A stretch of 11,276 bases of DNA from the NCBI GenBank assembly GCA_013416795.1, contig RQSC01000381.1, positions 4,364-15,639 of the forward strand, in the 5' to 3' direction. The notes beneath the pieces are model-generated. The model was not told the origin of the DNA. It saw nothing but the letters and a program-made list of their open reading frames with translations, and did no database searches. This document shows, piece by piece, positions 1 through 8,329 of the stretch. The stretch's first letter is position 1. Each line of letters begins with the position of its first letter. The position numbers and the translations under genes are program-made. The DNA is from Prasinococcaceae sp. CCMP 1430 (taxonomy: Eukaryota > Plantae > Prasinodermophyta).

Positions 1-720
1 CGGCCGCGCGTCGCGGCGGCGCGCCCGCCGACGCGGACGTTGCAGTGCGGACGAGGGCGCGGTGGGGGCAGCGGTGGGGGGCAGGGCCGCAGGGGCGGCC
101 GCGCCGCCGCACGACCGGGGTCGGGCAGCGGTGAAGGCGCAGAGGACGACGAGGGTGTCGTTGACAGCGGCGCGCGCGACACGCTGCGCGCGCTGGAGCG
201 CCTGTCGCGCGACGCGAGCAAAGGAAGCGACGAAACCTCCGCTGGCCTGCAGGCGAACGAGGCCGCTGCCGATGTCGTGGAGCTCGAATTTGCCCTTCCC
301 GACGGCGAGCGTGCCCCGCTGCGCCTGCGTACGCCGCCTGTGGGTGGGCAATACGTCTATGCGCGCGCGCGTTTGCCGCTCGGAGCGACCCTGCATGATG
401 TCGGAAGTGAAATCGTCGTGGAAAGCGTGGAGGCTGACGGGGAGGCCGACAAAGCTGGCGTGCTCCCGGGCGACGCTCTCGCTGCCATCTCGGTCGCGGT
501 GCCACGTATGACCTACCCTGGCGGCAACTTGCTGCTTGGGGGCGTTGGTCGGCCAGGGATTGCGTCGGGGTGGTACGTTGTGGCCGATGAATCGGAGGGG
601 TCAGAGGAACAAGAGGGAGATGAGGAGGAAGGGGCCGCTTTCGCCGCGGCGCTGCGCGCTCTTGGCACCAACGCGAGACGCGCCGACCGTAGCGTCGCGC
701 TCGTGCTCTGCCGAAGATAG
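1..720 (+). CDS. PDZ-like domain protein, 5'-partial, possibly plastid-targeted
   Basis: Frame 1 is open from base 1 to TAG 718-720. The 'start' at 40 is TTG and the first ATG is at 508, so the true start is probably upstream of the window. The segment IVVESVEADGEADKAGVLPGDALAAIS fits the PDZ V..V..G..A..AG.L.PGD.I..I pattern. The Arg/Ala/Pro/Gly-rich N-terminus (RPRVAAARPPTRTLQCGRG) resembles a transit peptide (inference). Confidence 0.75.
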   Translation, partial: RPRVAAARPPTRTLQCGRGRGGGSGGGQGRRGGRAAARPGSGSGEGAEDDEGVVDSGARDTLRALERLSRDASKGSDETSAGLQANEAAADVVELEFALPDGERAPLRLRTPPVGGQYVYARARLPLGATLHDVGSEIVVESVEADGEADKAGVLPGDALAAISVAVPRMTYPGGNLLLGGVGRPGIASGWYVVADESEGSEEQEGDEEEGAAFAAALRALGTNARRADRSVALVLCRR

Positions 721-912
721 CGAGGCCGTGCGCTGAGGCATGGGGCCTACTGCGCTGCGGCAGAGCCTCTTTAGCTACTGGACGGAGCTGCTGAGCCCCG
801 TAGAGTTGATGTGATTATATTGAGTTTGTAGTCTACACTATAGATTTGATGCGAAGCCCACCTACGAGCCTGCCTTCAAGTGCGCCTCTGCAACCACCCT
901 TTAGCTCGCACG

Positions 913-1904
913 CTACCCTGAGTTGGCTTCCAGTTTTGCCTGTATGAGCTTGAACATTTCCTCGCACTCGACTTGCCGAGCAAGGGGGGCCGAACGCGTT
1001 CGGTCGGGGTGCAGTCGCAACGCAGCACGGCGATACGCCGAGCGCACTTGCGCTGCCGAGTCGCCAGCGGGCGCAAAGCCGAAGGCAGAAAGCACGCCTG
1101 GGAGGTCCAGGTGCCCACCCTGCGCGTGCACGCACACAAATGCGCGGAAGTACGCGTATATTAGCACGTCAGGCATCGCACGAGAAGCGTCGAAGTCGAC
1201 TTGACGCGCACGGATGCACGAGTGCCCATCGCAAAGTGCGTGGCGCAACGCACCTTCTCAGCCACGCGAGCTGCCACATCCGCGCGCAGATTCTCGCGCT
1301 GTGCGGCCTCCGACGCGGCCGCCGATGCCACCGCCGCGGCCTCTTGCCGACGCCGCTCGAAACGGTCAGGGGTACCGCGCTCGCCCTTGCCCTCGTCTCC
1401 ACGCTCGCTCGCTCGCTCGCGAGCATTCGACTGCGCGCTCGACACTGCACTCGCAGAGGATGCAGGCCTGGCATTGCGCCGGGATTGGCAGTCAGGGCGG
1501 TCGTGGTCGTCCTGTGGTCCACGTGCGTTTGAGCCCGCTTGTGCGTCGTTTGCGTGCGCACGTGAGCCCTTGCCCGGGCTCTCGTAGCTTTCGTATCCAC
1601 CCTCGTAGAGCTCCTCCTCCCAGCGGTACGGCTCCGGCGTCGGTGAGGAGCCACGCGCTCGCGCTCGAGCGTGCGCCGCCGCTGCGTCTGCCGGGGCCCG
1701 CCCACGCTGTTCCTCGGAAGCGTGGCGCGCAGTGGACTCGTTTGGAGCCCGCGATGCCAAGCTTTCCTCGTCATCCTCACCACGCGCGCCTGTAGGTGTG
1801 TCAGGCGCGTCTCCGCCCTTCGAGACGCCCGGCTCCAACACCGTCTGACGTCCACCGATGAAGGCCTCGATGGTGACGTCAACGACGCCGCCGCGGCGCC
1901 ATCG
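913..1904 (-). CDS. Protein with C-terminal J-like (DnaJ, HPD) domain; exons 1904-1254 and 1119-913; start unresolved (candidate upstream exon 2272-2168)
   Basis: Last exon GGHLDLPGVLSAFGF...VRSAYRRAALRLHPDRTRSAPLARQVECEEMFKLIQAKLEANSG* has the HPD motif and helix II/III pattern. Phase-0 intron 1253-1120: donor AAG|GTGCGT, branch-like GCTAAT, acceptor GCGCAG|. The upstream exon encodes a low-complexity acidic/Arg region then a coiled-coil-like stretch (ERRRQEAAAVASAAASEAAQRENLRADV). The layout resembles, from memory, plant proteins ending in AYK.ALL.FHPDR...QVEAEEKFKLI. Confidence 0.85.
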
Positions 1905-2066
1905 CTGCAGGCCGGCGCGGCGCGGCGGGTGGGGCGTGGCGCGCGCCGCGGGCGCGAGGAGTGGCGGGCAAACGCCTCTCTCTCTCTCGCACACACACAC
2001 GCCACGCTCGGCACGCGGGCAGGCACACCCACAGGTAGGCTCACACACACACTAACACACACATAG

Positions 2067-2068
<2 letters not shown>

Positions 2069-2156
<88 letters not shown>
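2069..2156. repeat. Inverted microsatellite (AC)17-CA-(GT)26
   Basis: Read directly: AC repeats 2069-2102, CA at 2103-2104, GT repeats 2105-2156. The two arms are reverse complements. Confidence 0.95.
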
Positions 2157-2158
<2 letters not shown>

Positions 2159-2269
2159 ACTGCGCACGGGCCCGCGCGTAGGCGCTGCCGCGTTCGCGTT
2201 TGTGCGTGCGAGTTCCCCGAGGGGCGCCCGGCACTGGCGCGCGGCGGGGGAACGCCGGTCGCAATCACA

Positions 2270-2680
2270 CACGCGCTTCGAAATTTTCTCTGCCGATCGT
2301 TATGAATCCATATTGACCATACAATACGGGAAGGTGGATCTCCAAACTAGGCCTACCGTAATTTGCAGACCCTGGTACCCCCCGCACCGCAACAGCTTTT
2401 TCTTTTTTTTTCTTTTTTTCTTTTTTTCCCCGGTGGATGCGATTTGACGGAGCGCTCGCGCTCGCGCGCGCGTGCCCAAATTCCCTCCGCGGATTTTTTC
2501 GAAGCCCATTCGACCTCATTTCGCGCCGATGCGGTCTCGCCCGCGCCCCCGGTTCCGCGCGTTCCCCGAGGCCGAAGCCGCGAGATACTTTCATGCAGTT
2601 GGCCCCAAAAGGCAGAATTCCGTGGAAATACGTATATCAAATGAGTTTAATTCGAAATATTCGACGGAATAGTATGACAG
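2270..2680. promoter_or_regulatory. AT-richer island, putative divergent promoter (J-domain gene / FZ-like gene), with poly(dT) tract 2396-2427
   Basis: Sharp drop in GC between two divergently oriented genes. Contains the tract TTTTTCTTTTTTTTTCTTTTTTTCTTTTTTT. Promoter function is inferred from position and composition. Confidence 0.6.
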
Positions 2681-3035
2681 CGCGCGCGCGCGCATGCACG
2701 GGCGCGGCGGTGCCTGCGCTGCCAGGCTGGGGCGCGGCGCGTGCGGGGCTGGCGGGGGGGAGGGGCGGCGCGCTCGCTCGCTCGCTCGCGCGCGGCTCGG
2801 TCGGCGTGTGCTCGCGTGTCGTCTGTCTCGAGCGCCGGCGCGTGAGCGGGCATGCGCGCGAGAGAGAGGGGGTGAGGGAGAGCTTGTTCCTCCTGTGCAT
2901 GCCGCGCGCGCGCACGCGGAGGTGTCACATCGCGGCCGCGAGCGCGCTTGCGGGCGCGCCCGGCCCCGGCCTCGCCCAGCGCTCGCGGGGCGCGCGCCGC
3001 CGGCCGCGCGCGCGGACGGCCTCGCCCCCGAAGAC

Positions 3036-4579
3036 ATGAGCGCGGCCGACCTCGACGCGTTGGTGAGCTCCATCCAGATGGTCAGCGCGCTGCCGTTCCC
3101 CGTGCAGCGCGAGATACTCAAGGGCGCGGTCGCCTCGGTGCTCCCGGCGGACGCGTGCAATCCCCTCGGGGGTGCGGACGAGTGCAAGCCGCTGCGCACG
3201 ACGGCCGCGTTCGACGCCATGTGCCCGTCGATGACCTCCGCCGCAGTCGACTGCGCGTTCTACTCGAGCTCCGAGCGCGACGTGCAGGACGACCTCGAGG
3301 AGCGCGTGTACGCGGGCATGCGCGACCGCGGCTACGAGGAGTGTCAAGACTGCCTCGGCTACCAGAAGGCGCTGTACTGCGCGCTCGCGGCGCCGGCGTG
3401 CGGGTCCGTGGACCGCATGGTGGAGTGGGAGGACGCCGACGGCACCCCGCGCGGCCTGCTGCCGGCCGTCGAGGCGCTGGTCGCCGACGCGCAGGGCGCC
3501 GAGCTCGCCGAGGCCGAAGGCGCGCAGGCGTTCGCACTCGCGGCGCTGCAGCGCGTCGTCCCCGAGGCCGTGGACGGCCTCATGCTCGGAATGCCGTGCC
3601 GCGAGATGTGCGAGGCCGCCGTGGACAGCTGCGCGTGCGGAGACGCCTCGCCCACCGTGGGGGAGCTCCTCGCGCGCGCGCACGGCGACGACCTCGACGT
3701 GACGGGCATGACGGTGCGTGCACGACCGCGCACGCGCGCGAGCGCTCGCGTGTGCGCGCGCGCGCACACGCGCGGACGTGCGGGCTGACCGATGCGCGCG
3801 CGCGCGCGCGGGGGCGCCTGCGCGCACGCGCACGAACAGCTGGCCGCAGAGCTCGCCATTTTCGAGCCCCTCTACTCGCGGCCGCTGTGCGAGCTCTTCG
3901 CGCCTCGCGATGCGCCGGGCTTTGCGGGCGTGTGCGAGGTGTCGGCGCCAGCGGCGCCGTGCGGCTACTGCTCGCAGGGGGGAGTGGAGCCGCCGTCGGA
4001 GCTGCAGGAGATGATCGCGGCGGAGCTCTTTGCCATGGTGAACGACCTCGTCGAGGGCTCCGACCTCGGCAAGGCGCTGTCGGAGGACTACATCGACGCC
4101 GCCTACTCGGCGGCGGAGGGCGCCGTCGACTATGCATACGGGGACATCGAGCTCGACTACGAGGTCAAGGAGTCGCTCGCGCCCATCAAGGACGACGAGG
4201 ACGAGAAGCGCAGCCAGGCGTCGCCGCCGCCGCGCGCGGCGTCGCCCCCGCCGCCCCCGCCGCCGATCGTCAGGAAGGAGTCCCCGCCGCCGCCCGGAGC
4301 GGCAGCGGCGTCGCCACCGCCACCACAGAGCGGGCACGGCGGGGACGGCGATCATCACAGGAGAGCGGGCACGGCGGGGACGGCGATCATCACAGGCACG
4401 GCGGCGGTGGCGGCGGCGCGGCGACCGCCGTGCTGCTGACGCTGCTGGCCGCTGGCAGCGCGGGCGCCGCGGCCTTCGTCGTGCACCGCCGCAGGCGCGC
4501 GCAGAGCGTCCGCGCGTACATGGGGCTCATCGTCGAGGGGGAGTCGGAGTACGAACCGCCGCCGAGCGTCGACCTCTAA
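3036..4579 (+). CDS. Frizzled-type cysteine-rich domain (FZ/CRD-like) protein with Pro-rich stalk, TM helix and short tail; exons 3036-3713 and 3840-4579; frameshifted by a 35-bp duplication (as assembled stops at 4439)
   Basis: There are 16 Cys, with motifs ECKPL...MC, CLGYQKALYCALAAPAC, MPCREMCEAAVDSC and PLCELFAP matching FZ CRD spacing. Phase-0 intron 3714-3839 (ACG|GTGCGT, GCTGAC branch, AACAG|) contains the stop of the first ORF. SPPPP-rich stalk follows. The TM segment AATAVLLTLLAAGSAGAAAFVV plus HRRRR lies in another frame after the duplication. The N-terminus may extend upstream of 3036. Confidence 0.75.
4327..4396 (+). repeat. Perfect 35-bp tandem duplication (4327-4361, 4362-4396)
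   Basis: AGAGCGGGCACGGCGGGGACGGCGATCATCACAGG occurs twice back-to-back. Confidence 0.97.
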
Positions 4580-4741
4580 GAGGGAACGCGAGCACGGCGC
4601 CGTGTCCGCCCCTCGCGCGCGCGAGAGAGAGCGCATGCACGCGCGCAGTCGCCCGCCCCCACGGGCCGAGACGCCCCACCCGTCCCCCTCTCCCTTGCGC
4701 GCAGAGGATGCATCGCAGCCAGTGGACAGGACGGCGGGTAT

Positions 4742-4746
4742 TGTAA
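4742..4746 (+). promoter_or_regulatory. Candidate UGUAA polyadenylation signal for the FZ-like gene
   Basis: TGTAA lies about 160 nt after the 4579 stop in a locally AT-richer patch. UGUAA is the known chlorophyte poly(A) signal, but its use in this organism is unverified. Confidence 0.35.
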
Positions 4747-4974
4747 GAAATCAGAGCAGTGTACTGATACACAGCCCGCCCCGCGCCATCATCAGCTGAG
4801 GGATGATTATAAGAGAAACGCAGGCATCGCGGCGCGGGGCATGAATAGTTATGCGCGTGCGCCGTGGGGGGCGCACGCGACGCTGGTCGCCTCCTGGCAG
4901 CGCTCCTGGTGCCTCGGCGCGCGCGCGGGCGCGCCCAAAGCGGCGCGCCGCGCCGTGCGCCTCCGTCCGCTCGC

Positions 4975-6287
4975 TCACGCGCGCTTCCTGAGCACGATGC
5001 GGTGCATGGGCGTGAATATGCCCAGCTCGCCCGCCTCGGCGAGGTCGCGCGCAACCTCCACCAGCATCTTGTGCACCTCGGCGGTTCCCTGCGGCGCCAC
5101 CCCGATCGCCGTGAGCGCTCTCACCACCAAGCCGTTGAGGCGGTACTCCCACGCGGAGATATTGAGGCGGCGGTACCACGGCAGCGCCGGCGGCAGCGCG
5201 GCGTCGGCCTCCTCGACCACCTCGAAGCCCACCGCCTTGGCCGCGGCGAGCGCGTCGCCGAGCGTGCGCAGGTCCGGTAGCGCGTTGCCGTGGCAGATGC
5301 TGTCGATGATGCGCACGTGGCGCGGGTCGGACTTGTCGTACAGGTCGGTGGTCAGCCACTCGTACGTGGCGTACAGCCCGCCCGGCTTGAGCACCCTGTG
5401 GATCTCGCCGTACACGCTCTCGAGATTGGGGGCGTGGCAGGTGGCCTCGATGGAGTACGCGCAGTCGAAGGAGGCGTCTTCGAAGGGCATGCTGAGGAAG
5501 TTGCCCTGCACGACCGAGACGCGGCCCTCCAGGCCCGAGCGGCGGTTGTGCGCCTCGCAGCGCTGCACCTGGTACTCGTTGATGGTGAGGCCCGTGACTT
5601 TCCCGCCGGTGGCGCGCGCGATGTTGCGCATGGGCCCGCCCACGCCGCAGCCGGCGTCCAGCGCGGTGCGGCCCTCCCGCAGGCCGCACGCGCGCGCCAG
5701 CGCGGCCTCGTGCGCGCGAGTCGCCTCCGCGTCGCTTTTGCGCCCCGGCAGCGCGGGCGAGAAGTGGAACGACTCCCCCCAGCCCCACTCGTAGATGTCG
5801 GTTACCAGGTTGTAGAACTTTCGTGCACACGCACGCATGCGCACACGCACGCGCGGGCGCGGACCGTCAGCGTTTGGCTGCGCACGCGCGCACACACGCG
5901 CGCGCGCGCAAGAGCGTCCTTCCCACCCACACAACACCCAAACACCCGTACTTGGCGCGCTGCACACGCACGGGCGCCCACGCCCACGCCCACACGCACC
6001 TTGTCAACGAAGCCCGGCGCCTTTGACTTGTCGCTGGCCGCCGGGACCCCGTCGCCCGTGCCGTTCTGCGTGAAGAAGGCGTCGTACTCCTTCCACTCGC
6101 CCTTGACGCGCTTTTTCTCGAGCGCCCCGGAGATCAGCTCCGTGGCGGCGGTGCCCTCCCCGTCGGTCGCGTACCTCTTGCCTGCATAGAGCGCGTTGAA
6201 CAGCCCCGCGGCGGCCAGCGCGCCAACCACCAGCCACGCGCCGCCGGGCGCGAGCCACCCGGCCGACTCGACCGCCTCGGCGGCCAT
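4975..6287 (-). CDS. SMT2: Sterol C24-methyltransferase, plant SMT2 type (24-methylenesterol C-methyltransferase-like); exons 6287-6000 and 5817-4975; 376 aa
   Basis: Motifs FYNLVTDIYEWGWGESFHF, LDAGCGVGGPMR, GLTINEYQV, GNFLSMPF, YSIEATCHAP, YEW and GIFTPMH, plus an N-terminal hydrophobic anchor (AWLVVGALAAAGLF). Phase-0 intron 5999-5818 (AAG|GTGCGT, GCTGAC at 5871-5866, AAG| acceptor) joins FVDK to FYNL exactly as in plant SMT2 (FVDTFYNL). Confidence 0.95.
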
Positions 6288-6419
6288 GGCGGCGCCTGGC
6301 GGCGGGGTGCGCGCACTGCCTGGCGCGCGGCTCGGGCGAGCGGGGAGAGGCGGGAGGGCGCGAGGCGGGAGGGAAGGTGGGGGCAGGCCCGCCGCCCGCG
6401 CGCGCTGTGGCGGCGCCGC

Positions 6420-6760
6420 TCTAACAGCCGTGCTTTCCCGCCCAGATCAATTAACGTATCGACACTTCAATTACCATAAAGCGCAGATTTGGTCGGGAAC
6501 GCCGTCTATGCGACTTCCATCTGGGCTGGGACAAGTACGAGTTTGTACATTACAATTCGACGGAACGTGAAGAAAAACACAACAGTGAAATATTTCGATG
6601 AAAACGCGGGGTTAAAATCTGCGAATTGCCATCCGGCCAGAGGGCGGGGGGAAAAACCGTCGGGTGCGCCGGTTCGGCGCCTTGGAATGACGTGCTCTAT
6701 ATGATCATATAAAATAACCACGGGAGACTTTAATGGTGAGGTCAAAATGCATAGGGGGGC
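6420..6760. promoter_or_regulatory. AT-richer island upstream of SMT2: putative promoter and/or 3' end region of the TANGO2 transcript
   Basis: Compositional shift about 130-470 nt upstream of the SMT2 ATG. A minus-strand TGTAA is at 6554-6550. Confidence 0.5.
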
Positions 6761-6915
6761 GTTCGGCAGAAGCGCGCACGTCGGTCCCAGCCTCCCAGGC
6801 CACGAAGCGCCGCCGCCGTGGGAGGCCAGGTGGGCGCCGGGGCGGGGCTGTGGGTGCGCCCCGACGCCAGCAGCAAGCAGCAGGCGGCGAGCGCACGCGC
6901 GTGGCAGCTCGGCCC

Positions 6916-7137
6916 TTAGAGTGTGCGCACGGCGGCGCCGCCCCTTGCGGTGGCCCCCGCTCCGCCCGCGCTCGTGTTGCTCGGCGCGCGGGCCATCGCA
7001 TCCCAGGTGCTCGCGCACGCCTCCGGAGTCATCTCCGCCACGAGACGCTGCCGATCGTACGAGAGCACGTCCGACGCGCCCTGGCCGCCCTCGTCCGCGT
7101 CTGTGTGAGGGCGATCATCTCCGTGCGGCGGCTCCAT
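6916..7137 (-). CDS. Possible 73-aa small ORF starting 2 nt after the TANGO2 stop
   Basis: ATG 7137-7135 to TAA 6918-6916: MEPPHGDDRPHTDADEGGQGASDVLSYDRQRLVAEMTPEACASTWDAMAR... Third positions are GC-rich and the composition is protein-like. No family recognised. Confidence 0.3.
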   Translation of the reverse strand: MEPPHGDDRPHTDADEGGQGASDVLSYDRQRLVAEMTPEACASTWDAMARAPSNTSAGGAGATARGGAAVRTL

Positions 7138-7139
7138 CG

Positions 7140-8144
7140 TCACCTCGGAAACGTCGTGATACGCTGCCGGGCGGGAGGCGGCCTCAGACCCTCGCGGGCA
7201 GGCACCACCGCCGTCTGCAGCCCGTGGCGCACCCACGTGCCGTCGTCGCGCATGTACCTCTCGACGAGCGTGAGCGTGGGTGCGGCACCGCGCGTGCCGC
7301 AGCACACCACCTGGCAGCTGCGCGTGCCGTAAGGAGCGACGCGCCCCTCGGTCGCCGCCGCGAGCACCTCGGCGCGCACGAACGTCGATGAACAGCCGTA
7401 CTCCCACTTGGCGCTCACCCCCGTGCTCGGCAGCAGCGCGGGGTCGTCAACTAGCGCGCAGTCGCCCAGCACCTCCTCGAGCAAAAAGTCCGTCTCGGCG
7501 GGCGTCAGCCCGTCCGGCCCCTTGTCGGCGCCCTCAGCGCTCGCGCCGCCGCTGACCTCCGCCCCCGCCGCGCGTGCCGCCATCTCCGCCATCTTCTCCT
7601 TGCCGCGCTTCACCTTGGGCCAGGGCGTGTCCATGAGCGCGTTGCTAAGGCCGTGCACGCCGTCCTCAAGGCGCGTTGGCGGGTTGCCGCCCGGCTCGCA
7701 GCCGCCGGTGCCTCTGTTGCTCCAGTGCCACATCTCGGCGGTGTGGACGTAGCCGACGACGAGGTTGAAGCCCGCGTAGGCCTCCTCGGCGCCGCTCGCG
7801 CGCAGGTCTTCGAGGAAGGTCCGAGGCGGCAGCGACGAGCGCAGGTAGGCCGTCACCAGGTCGCCGCGTGAGGGGGGCGGAGGCGCCCCGGGTGCGCGCG
7901 AAGATTCGCGGGGCACCTCGCGGTAGTTGGTGAGCACGGCGAAGCGCCCCGACTGCGTCACGCCCAGCCAGGTCCCGCCCGCGCGCAGGTCCCTCCCGGC
8001 GATGACGACGGCGTCGCCATCTCCCGCATCGTCATCCCACGCGTGCACCTCGCGCGAGGGCCTCGCGAGGAACTCGTCGCGATTGGACGCGACGACCACG
8101 CGGCAGCGCGGGTGCGCGTTGAGCAGCAGGAAGACGACGCACAT
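7140..8144 (-). CDS. TANGO2: TANGO2 / NRDE family protein, single exon, 334 aa
   Basis: MCVVFL start, ASNRDEFLARP, GRDLRAGGTWLG, GRFAVLTNYRE, SRGDLV, GFNLVVG, HGLSNALMDTPWPKV and YGTRS are all hallmark NRDE/TANGO2 motifs. ATG at 8144-8142, TGA at 7142-7140. Confidence 0.95.
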   Translation of the reverse strand: MCVVFLLLNAHPRCRVVVASNRDEFLARPSREVHAWDDDAGDGDAVVIAGRDLRAGGTWLGVTQSGRFAVLTNYREVPRESSRAPGAPPPPSRGDLVTAYLRSSLPPRTFLEDLRASGAEEAYAGFNLVVGYVHTAEMWHWSNRGTGGCEPGGNPPTRLEDGVHGLSNALMDTPWPKVKRGKEKMAEMAARAAGAEVSGGASAEGADKGPDGLTPAETDFLLEEVLGDCALVDDPALLPSTGVSAKWEYGCSSTFVRAEVLAAATEGRVAPYGTRSCQVVCCGTRGAAPTLTLVERYMRDDGTWVRHGLQTAVVPAREGLRPPPARQRITTFPR

Positions 8145-8329
8145 CGCCGCCGGGAGGACGCGCGCGCGCGCGGCGGCGCGCGCGCATGCGAAGCGCGTGC
8201 GCCCGCTGGTGTCCACCCGCCCGAGTGCGCACGTGCGCGCGCGCGTGCGCGCGTGCGCGCGTGTGTGCGCCTGCCCGCGTGCGCGTCGCGCGTGCGCGCT
8301 GCACACACCGGTCGCGCTCTCGCTACATC

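Noticed and set aside
2035-2066. Plus-strand mini-intron look-alike (CAG|GTAGGC ... CTAAC ... CATAG)
   Set aside because: It is only 32 nt, lies antisense to the J-domain gene, and has no supporting plus-strand exons.
2041-2305. ORFs reading HTHTHT / CVCVCV (e.g. 2041-2268, 2067-2264, 2105-2305)
   Set aside because: These are translations of the AC/GT microsatellite, not proteins.
2925-4358. Long antisense or alternative-frame ORFs over the FZ-like, SMT2 (4841-5794, 5290-6189) and TANGO2 genes
   Set aside because: These are expected shadow ORFs in roughly 70% GC coding DNA and show no recognisable motifs.
4327-4396. 35-bp direct repeat as a CRISPR repeat, or as a 35-nt intron
   Set aside because: There are two adjacent copies with no spacer, in a eukaryotic exon. 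No 35-nt window of the unit both ends in AG and starts with GT or GC, and 35 nt is far below other intron sizes here.
8145-8306. N-terminal extension of TANGO2 in the 388-aa ORF
   Set aside because: The extension is RARA low-complexity sequence. NRDE/TANGO2 proteins begin at MC, which matches ATG 8144.
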